Positions 9,501 to 17,334 of a DNA stretch of 42,731 nt are shown here, piece by piece. The position numbers were made by a program, and so were the translations under genes. How positions within the stretch are numbered: the stretch's first letter is position 1; each line of letters opens with the position of its first letter. The DNA comes from Bifidobacteriaceae bacterium (GTDB lineage Bacteria > Actinomycetota > Actinomycetes > Actinomycetales > WQXJ01), in assembly GCA_031266115.1 (NCBI GenBank), contig JAISBQ010000088.1:1-42731 (forward strand), written 5' to 3'. The notes beneath the pieces are model-generated. The model ran no database searches, was not told the DNA's origin, and saw nothing but the letters and a program-made list of their open reading frames with translations.

Positions 9501-12500
9501 AGTCCCACACCGTCGTCCGCCAGCGCGGAAACGTCCCACTCGACGGTGACGGTCCCCCGCCCATCGGAGCGCATCGCCTGAGGCTGACCCCGCGGGGCGA
9601 GTTGGGAGCCGGCAGCGTAACTGCCGTTCTTGTAGATCCCGCCATTGATGAGGACCTCACCCACATAGGGACCATCGGGGCCCGTGAGGACCAGCTTGAC
9701 CGTGGCGGCGGGTAGCAGCGAGAGCCGGTTGACCGGATACTGCTCCATCCGCGTCCAGTCCCGCTCACCCGACACCAGCGCCTGGGCGCGCAGGGTCCCA
9801 AGGTACGTTTCGCCATCGGACACCGACCGGGCCTTCACGTCGCTGGCGATGCCGTCGGCGACATAGGCGGCCAACGAGCCGGCCGCGTCAGTCCGCAGCC
9901 GATGGACCGTTCCCCTGGTGTCGGTGAACTCGACATCGGTCGCCACCTGCGGGGAGAACTGGAACAGATACAGCTTGTTGGTCAAGGTCTCCACGCTCAC
10001 GTCCAGGCTCACCTGGCTTCCGGTGGCGGCGTGCGTGGCCGTGATCGTGGTCTCGCCGTCGCGATGCCCGGCCAGCGGCAGATCCGTGGCCGGTGGCAGG
10101 GTCATCCCCGGGTTGGCCTCGACGTTCTTGAGCAGGGGTCCTTGGCGCACGTGGAGGGAGGCCACCGAGGTGTCGGACGATTCCCACGCCAGGCGGTCCG
10201 CGACGGCGCGCCACGCGTCGGAGGAGTAGTTGACGGACACCACCGAACGCAGCGACAGCCGGTCTTCGCGATATGCCCGGAGCAGTTCGGCGGAGGTCGC
10301 GGTGGCGGCGAAGCCGGCGTTCGATACCGTGGTCCGACCCTGGGGTGCCGCGCCATCCACAAGGATTTGCAGAGCCGACTGGTTGAACGATGTCAGCACG
10401 CTCGACGCGTAGACCCACGGGGCGCTGGCCGCGTTGCGAGACTTCAGACTCACCGTGTAGATCGACTTCAACTGAGAGGCCGGCAGGGGATCGATCGCCA
10501 GAGTGTAGGACCCGCCCGTGGGACCGACACCGTCGGCCAGGCGCCCGTCCTCAGCGAACGTGAACGTGCCTGGGGCACCAGCGCTGCCGGGTGTGAACAC
10601 GATCTGGCTGCCGGGCAGGACCACCCCATCACGGGCGATAGCGAAGTCGAAGCCGCCGGAATAGACCATGTCGAATTCCGTCATCGTCCAGGAGAAGCGG
10701 ACGTTGCCGTGGGAGTCGAGCACCGCGTCACCGTCCGCGTTGGAGGACAACTCCACGGTCACCGGTGGCGGCATCACCACGATGCCCCCCGCAGCGGTGA
10801 GCGTCTGGGACGGGGTGTACGGATTGACCACTCGCACCAGGAAGCTGTACGTGGGACCACCGAACGGGGAGACCTCGGTCACCAAGCCGGGTGGTACCGT
10901 CCAACTCGCCTCCCCCGGCACGGTGGCCGAGGCGATCGGTCCGAGGCTTCCCGTCTCCCCGAGGCGCGAAACCATGTCCACCTGGCTCACATCCCCGGCA
11001 AACACGTCCACGAGATAGTCGGTCGCTTTGGGCGGGATCGCCGTGGAATTCAGGTAGGCGACGTTAGAGACCCAGCGCAGGGTCGGGTCCTCGCCGCGTT
11101 TGATCGACATCGCCCCGGACGTTCCGGGAAGCCGCAGATAGGGCACGCCATCGGTGATGAGCTGAATCTCCGCGCCGGTGACGGTCACGTCCGCGTACGG
11201 CCCGTTCTTCGCGGTCAATACCGGGACCACGGTTCCTGGGGCGGCGCCAGTCGGGATGATCTCCCCCGTGGCCGGATCGATCGACGCGATCGTCCCGAAA
11301 TCGCTGTCCGTGCCCAGGAGCGACCATTCGAACTGATCGGGGGCGAGGTAGGTGGCCGCCGGCTTGTCGTGAGTAAAGGTGAGCTGCTGGATGGGATCGT
11401 CCGCGCGGATCGCGTACGGAGGCGCGCCCCACGCGTTCGGATACTGAATCTGAAGGTCATCCGCCTCCAGCAGGATGACCGCCTCGACGTCGAAATCCGC
11501 GTAATAGGGCGTGCCGACCAAGGCGCGCCATTCCGGCGCCGCCTCGGTGCCGTCGTTGATGAACAGCTCCACCCTCTTGCGGGCAAACGTCGGGGACGAC
11601 GTCACCGGGAAACTGGCCGTCAGCGCCGTGCCCTGGGAGTTCATGGACAGAGCGAACAGATGGTCCACCCCACCCACCGACGCCATGACGGACCGCACCC
11701 GGCCCTGGTTCGCCGCCGCCTCCGCGCGCAGCGGCCCCGATGGCGCGAGAGCAACGGTGACGCCCCCGTTCGTGGCCGTCGCGGGGAACTGGGTGTGGCT
11801 GACGCTAGTCTGGACGATCTCGGAGACCGGATCGCCCGGGAACGCGATCGCGCCCCTCCCCGACACGTCGACCGGTTCGCGGTCTGTTGTTGACACATTC
11901 ACGCCGTTGCGGTCCTGGCCAGTACTCTTGGCGCCCGTCCAGAGCCCCGTGAACTCCACCATCTGAGGGTCGGCCACCTCAAGGAAGAACGTGTGCTCTT
12001 CGGATGTCCCCGCGTCTTGAGTGGGCAATTCAATGGATCTCTCGTCGATCGTGGGGAGTATGAGACGCGGATCCTTGACGGGCTCGGAATAGACGGCCGT
12101 GAGGGGCATCAGGCTACCGGTCGGATACGTCCCAGCGACGGCCCGGACGGAGACCAAGGATGGTAGGGATTCCACCACTGAGACTTGCAGCTGGGAGAAA
12201 TTGATGTTCCATCCGGTATGGCTTCGGTCTGGGGTCTGGGCGACCGCGGTCTCCAGCCCGACATCTAGGAACAGGGACGGGTTGGGGCAGGATGAGTTCT
12301 GGCCGGCCGCGGCGCGGACGAAGGCCGAGGGGAAGTCCAGTGGCTCGTTTCTTCCCACGTCGACAGACCTGGGCCCGCGGGCGGACGTTGGCATGGAGGC
12401 GTCGAGCGACTGGCAGTAGGTCGAGAACCCCGGACCGTTCGCGAGCCCAAACGTCGCATCAATCGTGGATGCTCCGGAGATGAGGTGCCAATCGTCGAAG

Positions 12501-13708
12501 TCCAGTAGCAGCCGAGACACCTCGTTGCGGGAGAATTTTCGCCGGACGTCCGCGGACAGCGGACCGAAGTTGATCTGGTATCGCATCGCGCCCTGTGACG
12601 TGGCACCCGAGTAGTAGAAGACTTCGTTGCTGGCGTCGATGGAGGCCCGTCCGTCCGTCATCGTCATCTGCAACGTCTTGGGGCTCGAATAGCTCGTGGC
12701 CCCGCCGGGCTCGGCGATGAGCCCTCGGGCAAGAACGGCCTGGGCCGGCACGATCTCCTCGAATTGTTGCTGGGCGTACTCAGGGTCGCTGCGTGAGACC
12801 GTGCCGTGGACGGAGGCGTACGTCTTCCCGTCGGTGAACAGTGCCCCGCGCAGCCTGGAGAACTCGACCAGGAACGACTTCTTGCCATCCCAGACCTCGG
12901 TGATCGGGTCTGTGGGTGCCAAGGCGGGTTCGGCGGCGGTGAATGTCAGGGTTTCGGTGAGGTTGGTGGTACCGGAGAGGAACTCGATGGGGAAGGCCTC
13001 ACCCGAACGCTCGATCGCGGTCGTAGTACCCAGCCTGCCCGTGTAGTGGGTCCGGTATCGGGCCGATCCGTCGATGGGGCGCACCATGACGCTCACATCC
13101 TGCGCGGGGACGGCGGACAGGGTCAGCGTGATGGTCTTGGACCCGCCAGGCGCAAGGTCCAGGTCGCCCGTGATGGCCACGGTCAGGTCCTGCTGGGCGT
13201 AGCCCTCGTCCCGCGGTTCGGCCGCCGCCGCGATCTGGAGACCGCTGGACTCGATCTGGGACAACAGCGAGGACACCGAGGACCGGTGGGCGTCCGTGAG
13301 TGGCTTGTCGGTGAAGTAGGTCTCGTTCAGCCGGGCCACCTCGGACTCGATCTCGAACATCGTCTTGATGTCGCGGAGCGCCACTGCGGCGCCATCCACG
13401 GTCGCGGTCCGCGTCAGGTCCGTGGCGCCATCGAACACGAGCGTCTCCAGGGCGCCCGCCGCGTACGCGCGACCATCCACCACGGCCTCATGGACGATGG
13501 CGCGCCCCGCCTCGTCGACGAGCCCGAGGCTGCGGAGCATCTCCACGCTCGCGGAAAGGCTGGCCCCACCCTTCGCCAGGGCCGGCGACGTGGGCGCGGC
13601 CCACGCGAGACCGTCGAGGCTGGTCACCCCCACGGTGAGGGCGAGCGCACCCGCCAATGTTGAGGCGAGAGCGCGGTGGGCATGGGAAACAACACGTCGG
13701 TGGAACAT
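3551..13708 (-). CDS. Giant secreted multi-domain surface/adhesin-like protein (3385 aa)
   Basis: Single uninterrupted 10158-nt ORF with GGAGA 9 nt upstream of ATG 13708. It has an N-terminal Sec-type signal, and its recognisable modules are listed as separate features. No LPXTG-type sorting signal, lipobox or C-terminal TM segment was seen. Confidence 0.9.
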   Translation of the reverse strand: MFHRRVVSHAHRALASTLAGALALTVGVTSLDGLAWAAPTSPALAKGGASLSASVEMLRSLGLVDEAGRAIVHEAVVDGRAYAAGALETLVFDGATDLTRTATVDGAAVALRDIKTMFEIESEVARLNETYFTDKPLTDAHRSSVSSLLSQIESSGLQIAAAAEPRDEGYAQQDLTVAITGDLDLAPGGSKTITLTLSAVPAQDVSVMVRPIDGSARYRTHYTGRLGTTTAIERSGEAFPIEFLSGTTNLTETLTFTAAEPALAPTDPITEVWDGKKSFLVEFSRLRGALFTDGKTYASVHGTVSRSDPEYAQQQFEEIVPAQAVLARGLIAEPGGATSYSSPKTLQMTMTDGRASIDASNEVFYYSGATSQGAMRYQINFGPLSADVRRKFSRNEVSRLLLDFDDWHLISGASTIDATFGLANGPGFSTYCQSLDASMPTSARGPRSVDVGRNEPLDFPSAFVRAAAGQNSSCPNPSLFLDVGLETAVAQTPDRSHTGWNINFSQLQVSVVESLPSLVSVRAVAGTYPTGSLMPLTAVYSEPVKDPRLILPTIDERSIELPTQDAGTSEEHTFFLEVADPQMVEFTGLWTGAKSTGQDRNGVNVSTTDREPVDVSGRGAIAFPGDPVSEIVQTSVSHTQFPATATNGGVTVALAPSGPLRAEAAANQGRVRSVMASVGGVDHLFALSMNSQGTALTASFPVTSSPTFARKRVELFINDGTEAAPEWRALVGTPYYADFDVEAVILLEADDLQIQYPNAWGAPPYAIRADDPIQQLTFTHDKPAATYLAPDQFEWSLLGTDSDFGTIASIDPATGEIIPTGAAPGTVVPVLTAKNGPYADVTVTGAEIQLITDGVPYLRLPGTSGAMSIKRGEDPTLRWVSNVAYLNSTAIPPKATDYLVDVFAGDVSQVDMVSRLGETGSLGPIASATVPGEASWTVPPGLVTEVSPFGGPTYSFLVRVVNPYTPSQTLTAAGGIVVMPPPVTVELSSNADGDAVLDSHGNVRFSWTMTEFDMVYSGGFDFAIARDGVVLPGSQIVFTPGSAGAPGTFTFAEDGRLADGVGPTGGSYTLAIDPLPASQLKSIYTVSLKSRNAASAPWVYASSVLTSFNQSALQILVDGAAPQGRTTVSNAGFAATATSAELLRAYREDRLSLRSVVSVNYSSDAWRAVADRLAWESSDTSVASLHVRQGPLLKNVEANPGMTLPPATDLPLAGHRDGETTITATHAATGSQVSLDVSVETLTNKLYLFQFSPQVATDVEFTDTRGTVHRLRTDAAGSLAAYVADGIASDVKARSVSDGETYLGTLRAQALVSGERDWTRMEQYPVNRLSLLPAATVKLVLTGPDGPYVGEVLINGGIYKNGSYAAGSQLAPRGQPQAMRSDGRGTVTVEWDVSALADDGVGLEAGTVLSYAFEIRVPGNRYRPETVTVDEAVGQAARVPETTAAVQLAEARAGTFGVLARQWVLGEGGTVLSTTGARSIGVSDRQREVTLRSTMYTAGLPAPGASLRGWVVDETGTRPTSQTSRAIQHPFSTFVVVETDLVINESTLWMPTGERRSLTVKLGHPDGRTMASFTSEVSVANSVGLVLDPTDAVAEVTDSMVAGSVAKPQPSGVNKIVQYGLDFLSNIEIGNENLNVLISPTDDPFQFNTLVTTSLGSEIEHANLEPGWQVGPHSIFYDPEESVDLSFLPSQKDQIDMARGNYDPDGDLDEAIRDGGTSGLDYSFGMSGYFEGLIVYDVSRAAWRFEVVGGGFEAGGSMSYNWTNNFTVGPVPLTVSLEIGGSLAVNWGAHRLVEQATVDGVTWAWADPSRSSVTDHIVGLRVAAYIDAFAGLGFDLGVVGAKIGIFGRIGIEYNNSWLMRPSLASSADRTRYGNSLRLNGELGIKAEVKFLIFSASATLLSVEFASDLWRWNHWDLISEYWLATTGRNVDGSVAEAQAAAQAYASQFALASSMGRSVWEVENRDYLDLAPRTWPTQASLARASRVVQMVSAVAAETPTAVQTNANPYSAPVAADDGGGFVYLSDLGSTDATRTRAAWAESTATGYVDHGMIAAGGYGDAQLAFDGDLGTGMAAWVRVATGGAADYAGETAPSDVAAMAQSTEVFASVRQDGQWRTQQLTANSAPDVGPAVATTGSRAIVAWRTGLAQGSDAATVGSYGTIAYRTWDAARGWSPATEVLYSGSDGPVVGLDAEIGADGTAAVAYTTTSPDGSTQVRYAIVDTDPAAALTADQAGQGLNRVVQAIQVTSDDQPDTNPRLATATSGGEDLFVLGWHHEDRDLDTSEVTSDIRLTAFDSTGALRPDLPESLAATADGQAPAMDFHLVEGTGGRVEDLAIVWPSAEVPDDPAGTGPLAATGSLVGVRLGREGGQVMASAPTVLATAADGVSVDAHTAWGADAGSLGFLFVGSKATGQVETVPGTDGEPSASFPVTVAGIYAATGTFTSEFEVDSVLPSYQDLAVNADLPVGLTVHNTGASTITTLRVEFIDPGASQGVVARTLDDFGLAPGASTAVNVFYPVGETIVSPGYRVVADFADGTSHAVDGDLYLTFNDVGIGDIAVIKEADGERDIAVPLYNASAYPLAGSGRTVKVGFFADAGVDSPALPTISVSDDATLAAIDAGAYVTTLAEPLDVAEWLDAHGGGAEIPEDGIELYVKAWIEEDGKAIRETGDANNLTRVTFASLAASGTDSGVAVDTQMAADGSQTVAQVEVRNLSLAPRTGGSLMVSLVDDAGQVVESRWLSGSVGTLDLGPEQTVEGEVRFSGQGSEIETQYIADVAEVPYGLASLAMTGIAPEILAGGQTQYSYATVNLATTSVTARANNPAAIVEILGDGAVLGSGEGSATAVVPIGRASADGASRQTRIQVRVTAAGDPRGVATYAVAVDNRRDDGLVDLRLRSDPEPDGEWIGGSGSGGDPVAVMAWVAGPRGDWSARDLFYRLDDGPPVRVDGFDGWPVTIVSVGDGRHQVRAWVSDEAEQTLGEQTLDLRIDREGPTALESPTVRSADGTALREVGSVIVADGRQLEVSGRFADPLSGLAFVNLVAEGWVRQPLTLVDGASGLYRGLVPADVRGPLEVEVGDRAGNVTRFHVGWIAQPARGIVLTPGEDHDFGRAEAGYRQIGGGTVTLINTGHLATGPLTVQMTGANPASFAATPVSIADVPAGGRVTLQVAPVPGLAGPSVHTATMEVRGEGVSASLGLRFEVCAAAAGPRDGVDAPVAAKVTRLASPLKTLYVAKGTSVRPPIAISGTGTGVAKAALTWSSSKPSVATVDSTGRITAKATGTTTVRAKAASGVSLKLRVTVVSEARGLTSLKAKTGTTMRVGRAARITVTPRPAKATNLTVTFTSSKPSVIAVDKAGRLTAKKAGKATIRIKARGKAVSIPVRAVAG
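3554..4054 (-). other. Two C-terminal Big_2 (bacterial Ig-like group 2) modules, strongly basic
   Basis: LTWSSSKPSVATVDSTGRITAKATGTTTVRAKA and VTFTSSKPSVIAVDKAGRLTAKKAGKATIRIKA are classic Big_2 signatures (S.v.tvd..G.vta...G.a.i.a). These last 167 aa are K/R-rich, in contrast to the acidic bulk of the protein. Confidence 0.75.
4105..4425 (-). other. ASH / choice-of-anchor-D-type Ig module
   Basis: VLTPGEDHDFGRAEAGYRQIGGGTVTLINTGHLATGPLTVQMTGANPASFAATPVSIADVPAGGRVTLQVAPVP...ATMEVRGEG. Confidence 0.45.
5050..5310 (-). other. Cadherin-like beta-sandwich module
   Basis: QYSYATVNLATTSVTARANNPAAIVEILGDG...IQVRVTAAGDPRGVATYAVAVDNR fits the Y.v.V...v.v.a....a.v.i.g...i.V.a.dg..tY.i.v.R consensus I recall for the bacterial cadherin-like domain. 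Confidence 0.45.
5400..6345 (-). other. CARDB-like Ig modules (about three)
   Basis: DLPVGLTVHNTGASTITTLRVEFID, DIAVPLYNASAYPLAGSGRTVKVGFF and VAQVEVRNLSLAPRTGGSLMVSLVDDAGQVV all fit the v.v.N.G...a....v.l pattern of CARDB modules. Confidence 0.45.
6450..7650 (-). other. Beta-propeller-like repeat region
   Basis: Recurring short strand motifs: AAWVRVATGG, VFASVRQDGQWRTQQL, RAIVAWRTG, TIAYRTWDAARGWSPATEV, TAAVAYTTTSPDGSTQVRYAIVD, LFVLGWHHED, LAIVWPS. The assignment is tentative. Confidence 0.35.
7960..8560 (-). other. Unassigned beta-strand-rich Gly/aromatic core segment (~200 aa)
   Basis: GLDYSFGMSGYFEGLIVYDVSRAAWRFEVVGGGFEAGGSMSYNWTNNFTVGPVPLTVSLEIGGSLAVNWG...GLRVAAYIDAFAGLGFDLGVVGAKIGIFGRIGIEYNNSW...LRLNGELGIKAEVKFLIFSASATLLSVEFASDLWRWNHWDL. 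It shows alternating hydrophobic/polar runs separated by Gly turns. No family recognised. Confidence 0.5.
12800..13190 (-). other. Calx-beta-like module
   Basis: DLTVAITGDLDLAPGGSKTITLTLSAVPAQDVSVMVRPIDGSA...DGKKSFLVEFSRLRGALF follows the Calx-beta pattern (v.f.aGe..k.i.v.i..d...E..E.F.v.Ls...ga.l). Coordinates are approximate. Confidence 0.45.
13598..13708 (-). other. Sec signal peptide of the giant protein
   Basis: MFHRRVVSHAHR (basic), ALASTLAGALALTVGVTSL (hydrophobic), then GLAWA/AP as an AxA-like cleavage site. Confidence 0.7.
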
Positions 13709-13857
13709 CGGGGTGTTCTCCGGTTCTCAAGGGCCCAGGCAAGGCCTGGGGAAGGGGCAGCCAGCACAAACTAGGGTGCGCCGCACAGCCCGCCGCCGGG
13801 GGCCAACCGCAACGTCGGCCCACCACCATCACACTGCCAGACGCACCAACGAACCTA

Positions 13858-15345
13858 TCAGGAACCGTCTTTGTCAGGAGCGTCATCCAGAATGGCGCGA
13901 ATCCGCTCCAGCCGCTCGGCGACCTGGCGTTCAAAGCCCCGGCCCGTAGGTGTGTAGTACCGCCGGCCGGTCAACTCTGGTGGCGCGTAGCGTTGAGCAG
14001 CGATTCCGTGAGGTTCGTCATGCGCATAGACGTATCCTTCGCCGTGTCCGATGCGCTGCGCACCGGCATAGTGGGCGTCGCGCAGGTGCGGTGGCACGAG
14101 CCCAATCCGGCCGGCGCGAATGTCGGCCAGCGCGGCGTCGATCCCTAGGTAGGCGGCGTTCGACTTGGGCGCCGTCGCCAGATATACGACGGCTTCGGCC
14201 AATGGAATCCGTCCCTCCGGCATGCCGATGAGTCCGATGGCCTGGGCGGCGGCCACCGCGATGGGCAGGGCCTGAGGATCGGCCATGCCGATGTCCTCCG
14301 CCGCCAGGACCACGATCCGGCGGGCGATGAACCGTGCGTCCTCGCCCGCCTCGATCATCCGGGCCAGGTACGCCAGCGACGCGTCCACGTCCGAGCCCCG
14401 CACCGACTTGATGAACGCCGAGATCACGTCGTAATGCTGGTCGCCGTCCTTGTCGTACCGCACGGCGGCGATATCGACAGCCCGGCGGACCGTCGCCACA
14501 TCGATCACCGGCGGCTCGCCGGCCGACTCGCTCCCGGAGTCCCGGTCCCCGGCGCCCCGGTCCCCGGCGGCATCGGAGGCGGCACCCGCCGCCGCCTCCA
14601 GGATGGTCAACGCTCGCCTGGCGTCGCCGCCGGCCAGCCGAATGAGTTGGTCGCGGGCCTCACCGTCCAGGGCGACCATCCCCGCGAGGCCGCGCTCGTC
14701 GCTCACGGCACGATCGATCAACAGCCCCTGATCGGCATCGTCCAACGGTTGAAGTGTCAGTAGGAGGGACCGGGACAGCAGCGGCGAGATCACCGAAAAC
14801 GACGGGTTCTCGGTGGTCGCGGCGATCAGCGTCACCCAGCGGTTCTCGACGGCGGGCAGCAGCGCGTCTTGCTGGGACTTGGAGAACCTGTGAACTTCGT
14901 CGATGAACAAGACGGTCTCCCGCCCGCCGGCCGCCAAGGCTCGCTTGGCGACGGTGACCACGTCTCGGATGTCCTTGACACCGGCGTTGACCGCGCTGAG
15001 CTCTGTGAACGCTCGCCCCGACCCCCGCGCCACGAGGTAGGCGAGGGTGGTCTTCCCGGTTCCCGGAGGCCCCCACAGGATCACCGACGATGGCGCCGCC
15101 CGCCCCTCCCCGCCCGCCACCAGCCGCCGCAGGGGCGCCCCAGGGGTGAGTAGGTGCCGCTGCCCAGCCACCTCATCCAGACTGCGCGGCCGCATCCGTA
15201 CGGCAAGCGGCGACCGGGGGTCGACATCCGGCAACCCGACACCGTCGCGGCCCACCGCATCGAAGAGATCCACCCGCCAAGCGTAGATCGGCGTGTGCAT
15301 GCGCGAGCCCGTGCCATGACGAGCTTCCGTGAGACACCCTCGCAC
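13858..15345 (-). CDS. rarA: Replication-associated recombination protein A (AAA+ ATPase)
   Basis: DLFD...[21 protein letters not shown], Walker [16 protein letters not shown], Walker [10 protein letters not shown], and a MgsA-type C-terminal helical domain. The true start may be the internal ATG at 15300. Confidence 0.9.
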   Translation of the reverse strand: MRGCLTEARHGTGSRMHTPIYAWRVDLFDAVGRDGVGLPDVDPRSPLAVRMRPRSLDEVAGQRHLLTPGAPLRRLVAGGEGRAAPSSVILWGPPGTGKTTLAYLVARGSGRAFTELSAVNAGVKDIRDVVTVAKRALAAGGRETVLFIDEVHRFSKSQQDALLPAVENRWVTLIAATTENPSFSVISPLLSRSLLLTLQPLDDADQGLLIDRAVSDERGLAGMVALDGEARDQLIRLAGGDARRALTILEAAAGAASDAAGDRGAGDRDSGSESAGEPPVIDVATVRRAVDIAAVRYDKDGDQHYDVISAFIKSVRGSDVDASLAYLARMIEAGEDARFIARRIVVLAAEDIGMADPQALPIAVAAAQAIGLIGMPEGRIPLAEAVVYLATAPKSNAAYLGIDAALADIRAGRIGLVPPHLRDAHYAGAQRIGHGEGYVYAHDEPHGIAAQRYAPPELTGRRYYTPTGRGFERQVAERLERIRAILDDAPDKDGS

Positions 15346-15361
15346 TGGTGACGCGAGGCTC

Positions 15362-16573
15362 TCACCGACGCAGTGCCATCATGGGGTCAACCCGACCGGC
15401 TCGGAGCGCGGGAGCCAGGCCCGCGAACAAACCCACTCCTGCGCCGAGTATCGGGGCCAATGCGGTAATTCTCGGGTCCATGACCGGTGTCCACTCCAGG
15501 GCCCAAGAGGCCACAACCACCGACAGAGTGCCGATGCTCGCGCCGACCAGACCCGCTAGCGCGCCCACCGACACAGTCTCGGCTATGACCTGGGCGACGA
15601 TGTGCCGAGGCCGAGCACCCATGGCGCGACGCAGACCAAGCTCCCCCATGCGCTCGACCACCGACAAGAGCGTCGCGTTCGCGATCGCCGCCGCCCCGAT
15701 GAGCACGGTGATTGCCGTCAACGCCAAGAAGAGCGCAGTCATCGACGTCGCAACAGTGGTTTCCACGCGGGGAGGGTCGGCGGGAGGAAGCACGGCTATC
15801 GACTCCGGGGCATCGGGTCGCAACGCCAGGGAAAGCAACCTGCTCACCTGGTGAGCGGCTCCAGGATCGACGTCAACCACCATTGAGGCCGGAGCATCCG
15901 CCGACGGCCGTCCGAACGACTCGGCAGCAACGGCCTCGGGAATCGCGGCCCCGGCCAACACCTCGCCACGCCGTTCCACGTCAGCGAGAATGCCGACCAC
16001 GACATAAGCCGAGCCCGCGAGGTACACCGTCGCCCCGGCGTCGTCAACGTCCAGGCCCAAGCGCTGGGCCGCGGCCGATCCCAACACCGCGGCATGAATC
16101 CCGGATTCGGCTTCGAACCGTGCCAATCCCCTGCCCGAGGCAAAGGTCGGGTGTAGGGCGGCGAGATATCCGGGTGACACCGCAGTAACAGGGATCATTT
16201 GCGGGCCTGTGAAAGCGTCGATCGCAGTGACCGCCTCGGCGAGTGTCCCGGGGATCGGCCAGGCCACGCCGCATGCCCGCACCCCGGCAAGACTGCTCAC
16301 CCTGCCCTCAGCATCCTGGGGGAACGAGTACACCGAGCCGTCCGGATCCGCCTGCCCAGCGTCGTTGACATACACCTCGGTTGCCTTCAGAACGGAGAAG
16401 TCCTCCGAGATTTGCCCGGACGCCGTCGCGGTCAAACCCAAGACCGCGACGAATGCCGCGATTCCCAACGCGGTGCCCGACATCGTCCCGATCATCCGTG
16501 AGGGTCGCCCGCCCAGTGCTGCCACAGCCTCGGAAAGGACAGCACCCCACACCGCCCGGCTCGCAGCGCTCAT
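15362..16573 (-). CDS. MacB-type (FtsX family) ABC transporter permease
   Basis: 403 aa with an N-terminal TM, a ~230-aa extracytoplasmic domain and a C-terminal three-TM FtsX module ([19 protein letters not shown]...[15 protein letters not shown]). Its ATG overlaps the ATPase stop (ATGA at 16570-16573). Confidence 0.85.
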   Translation of the reverse strand: MSAASRAVWGAVLSEAVAALGGRPSRMIGTMSGTALGIAAFVAVLGLTATASGQISEDFSVLKATEVYVNDAGQADPDGSVYSFPQDAEGRVSSLAGVRACGVAWPIPGTLAEAVTAIDAFTGPQMIPVTAVSPGYLAALHPTFASGRGLARFEAESGIHAAVLGSAAAQRLGLDVDDAGATVYLAGSAYVVVGILADVERRGEVLAGAAIPEAVAAESFGRPSADAPASMVVDVDPGAAHQVSRLLSLALRPDAPESIAVLPPADPPRVETTVATSMTALFLALTAITVLIGAAAIANATLLSVVERMGELGLRRAMGARPRHIVAQVIAETVSVGALAGLVGASIGTLSVVVASWALEWTPVMDPRITALAPILGAGVGLFAGLAPALRAGRVDPMMALRR

Positions 16574-17334
16574 AGTCGCTTCAGGCCGGGTGTCGCAAGC
16601 GGTGAATATAGGTGTCTATCTACACATCCATCCGTTGTCGTGGTTACTCGCCGCGCACGCCCCGCTGCCGCAGGATCGTGCGTGACCATGACCACAGCCG
16701 ATCCCTGGGAATTCAAGACATCCAGGATGTCGAGAATCTGTTCAGTGGATCCCAAATCGAGATTCCCGGTGGGTTCATCGGCCAGCAGCAGCGCAGGTTC
16801 GTGGACGATGGCGCGCGCAACCGCCACCCGCTGCCTCTCGCCTCCAGACAGTGTTCCCGCCAGCGCATCCTTGCGCCCCACCAATCCAACCCGCTCCAAC
16901 GCAACCGCCGCACGATCCGCACGCAGGCGTCTCGGCACGCCAAGGTACGCCAATCCGAGAGCGACGTTCTCTTCAGCGGTGCGGTCCGGCATTATGTGAT
17001 AGTCCTGAAACACAAAACCGAAGGTGTACGCACGTGGTGCGCTCCGCTCGCGCTCACGCAGTCCGCTAGTATCGCGGCCCCGGATCCGCACAGCGCCGCT
17101 CGTGGGCGTGTCCAGCAGGCCAAGGATGTTGACAAACGTTGACTTCCCGGAGCCAGACGGCCCCATGATCGCCACATAGTCCCCCTCCCCGATGGCAGCG
17201 TTCACCTCCCAGAGCGCCCTCACCTCGGGAGGCCCCATGTAGACCCGAGACACTGCGACAGCCTCAACCAGCGGTTCGGGCGCGCCAGCGATCAGCGACC
17301 CAGTCTCCTCGCAACCCCGTTGTCGGCCGCTCAC
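16570..17334 (-). CDS. ABC transporter ATP-binding protein (MacB/LolD-like)
   Basis: Walker A GPSGSGKST, signature LSGGERQRVAVARA, Walker B LLLADEPTGNLD and H-loop VTHD. ATGA overlap with the adaptor stop at 17331-17334. Confidence 0.9.
   Translation of the reverse strand: MSGRQRGCEETGSLIAGAPEPLVEAVAVSRVYMGPPEVRALWEVNAAIGEGDYVAIMGPSGSGKSTFVNILGLLDTPTSGAVRIRGRDTSGLRERERSAPRAYTFGFVFQDYHIMPDRTAEENVALGLAYLGVPRRLRADRAAVALERVGLVGRKDALAGTLSGGERQRVAVARAIVHEPALLLADEPTGNLDLGSTEQILDILDVLNSQGSAVVMVTHDPAAAGRARRVTTTTDGCVDRHLYSPLATPGLKRL

Noticed and set aside
9902-11893. 663-aa plus-strand ORF, and similar long ORFs at 4172-5572, 3258-4370 beyond 3550, 7030-7959, 8261-9040 and 12806-13663
   Set aside because: All lie antisense to the giant gene. 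Their products are Arg/Gly/Pro/His-rich with no motifs. Long stop-free antisense frames are expected in ~69 percent G+C coding DNA.
13709-13857. Search for a promoter or terminator in the rarA-giant gene spacer (hairpin cccaggc-ctt-gcctggg near 13735-13751)
   Set aside because: Only a 7-bp stem is present and no convincing -35/-10 pair. It is noted but not reportable as a feature.
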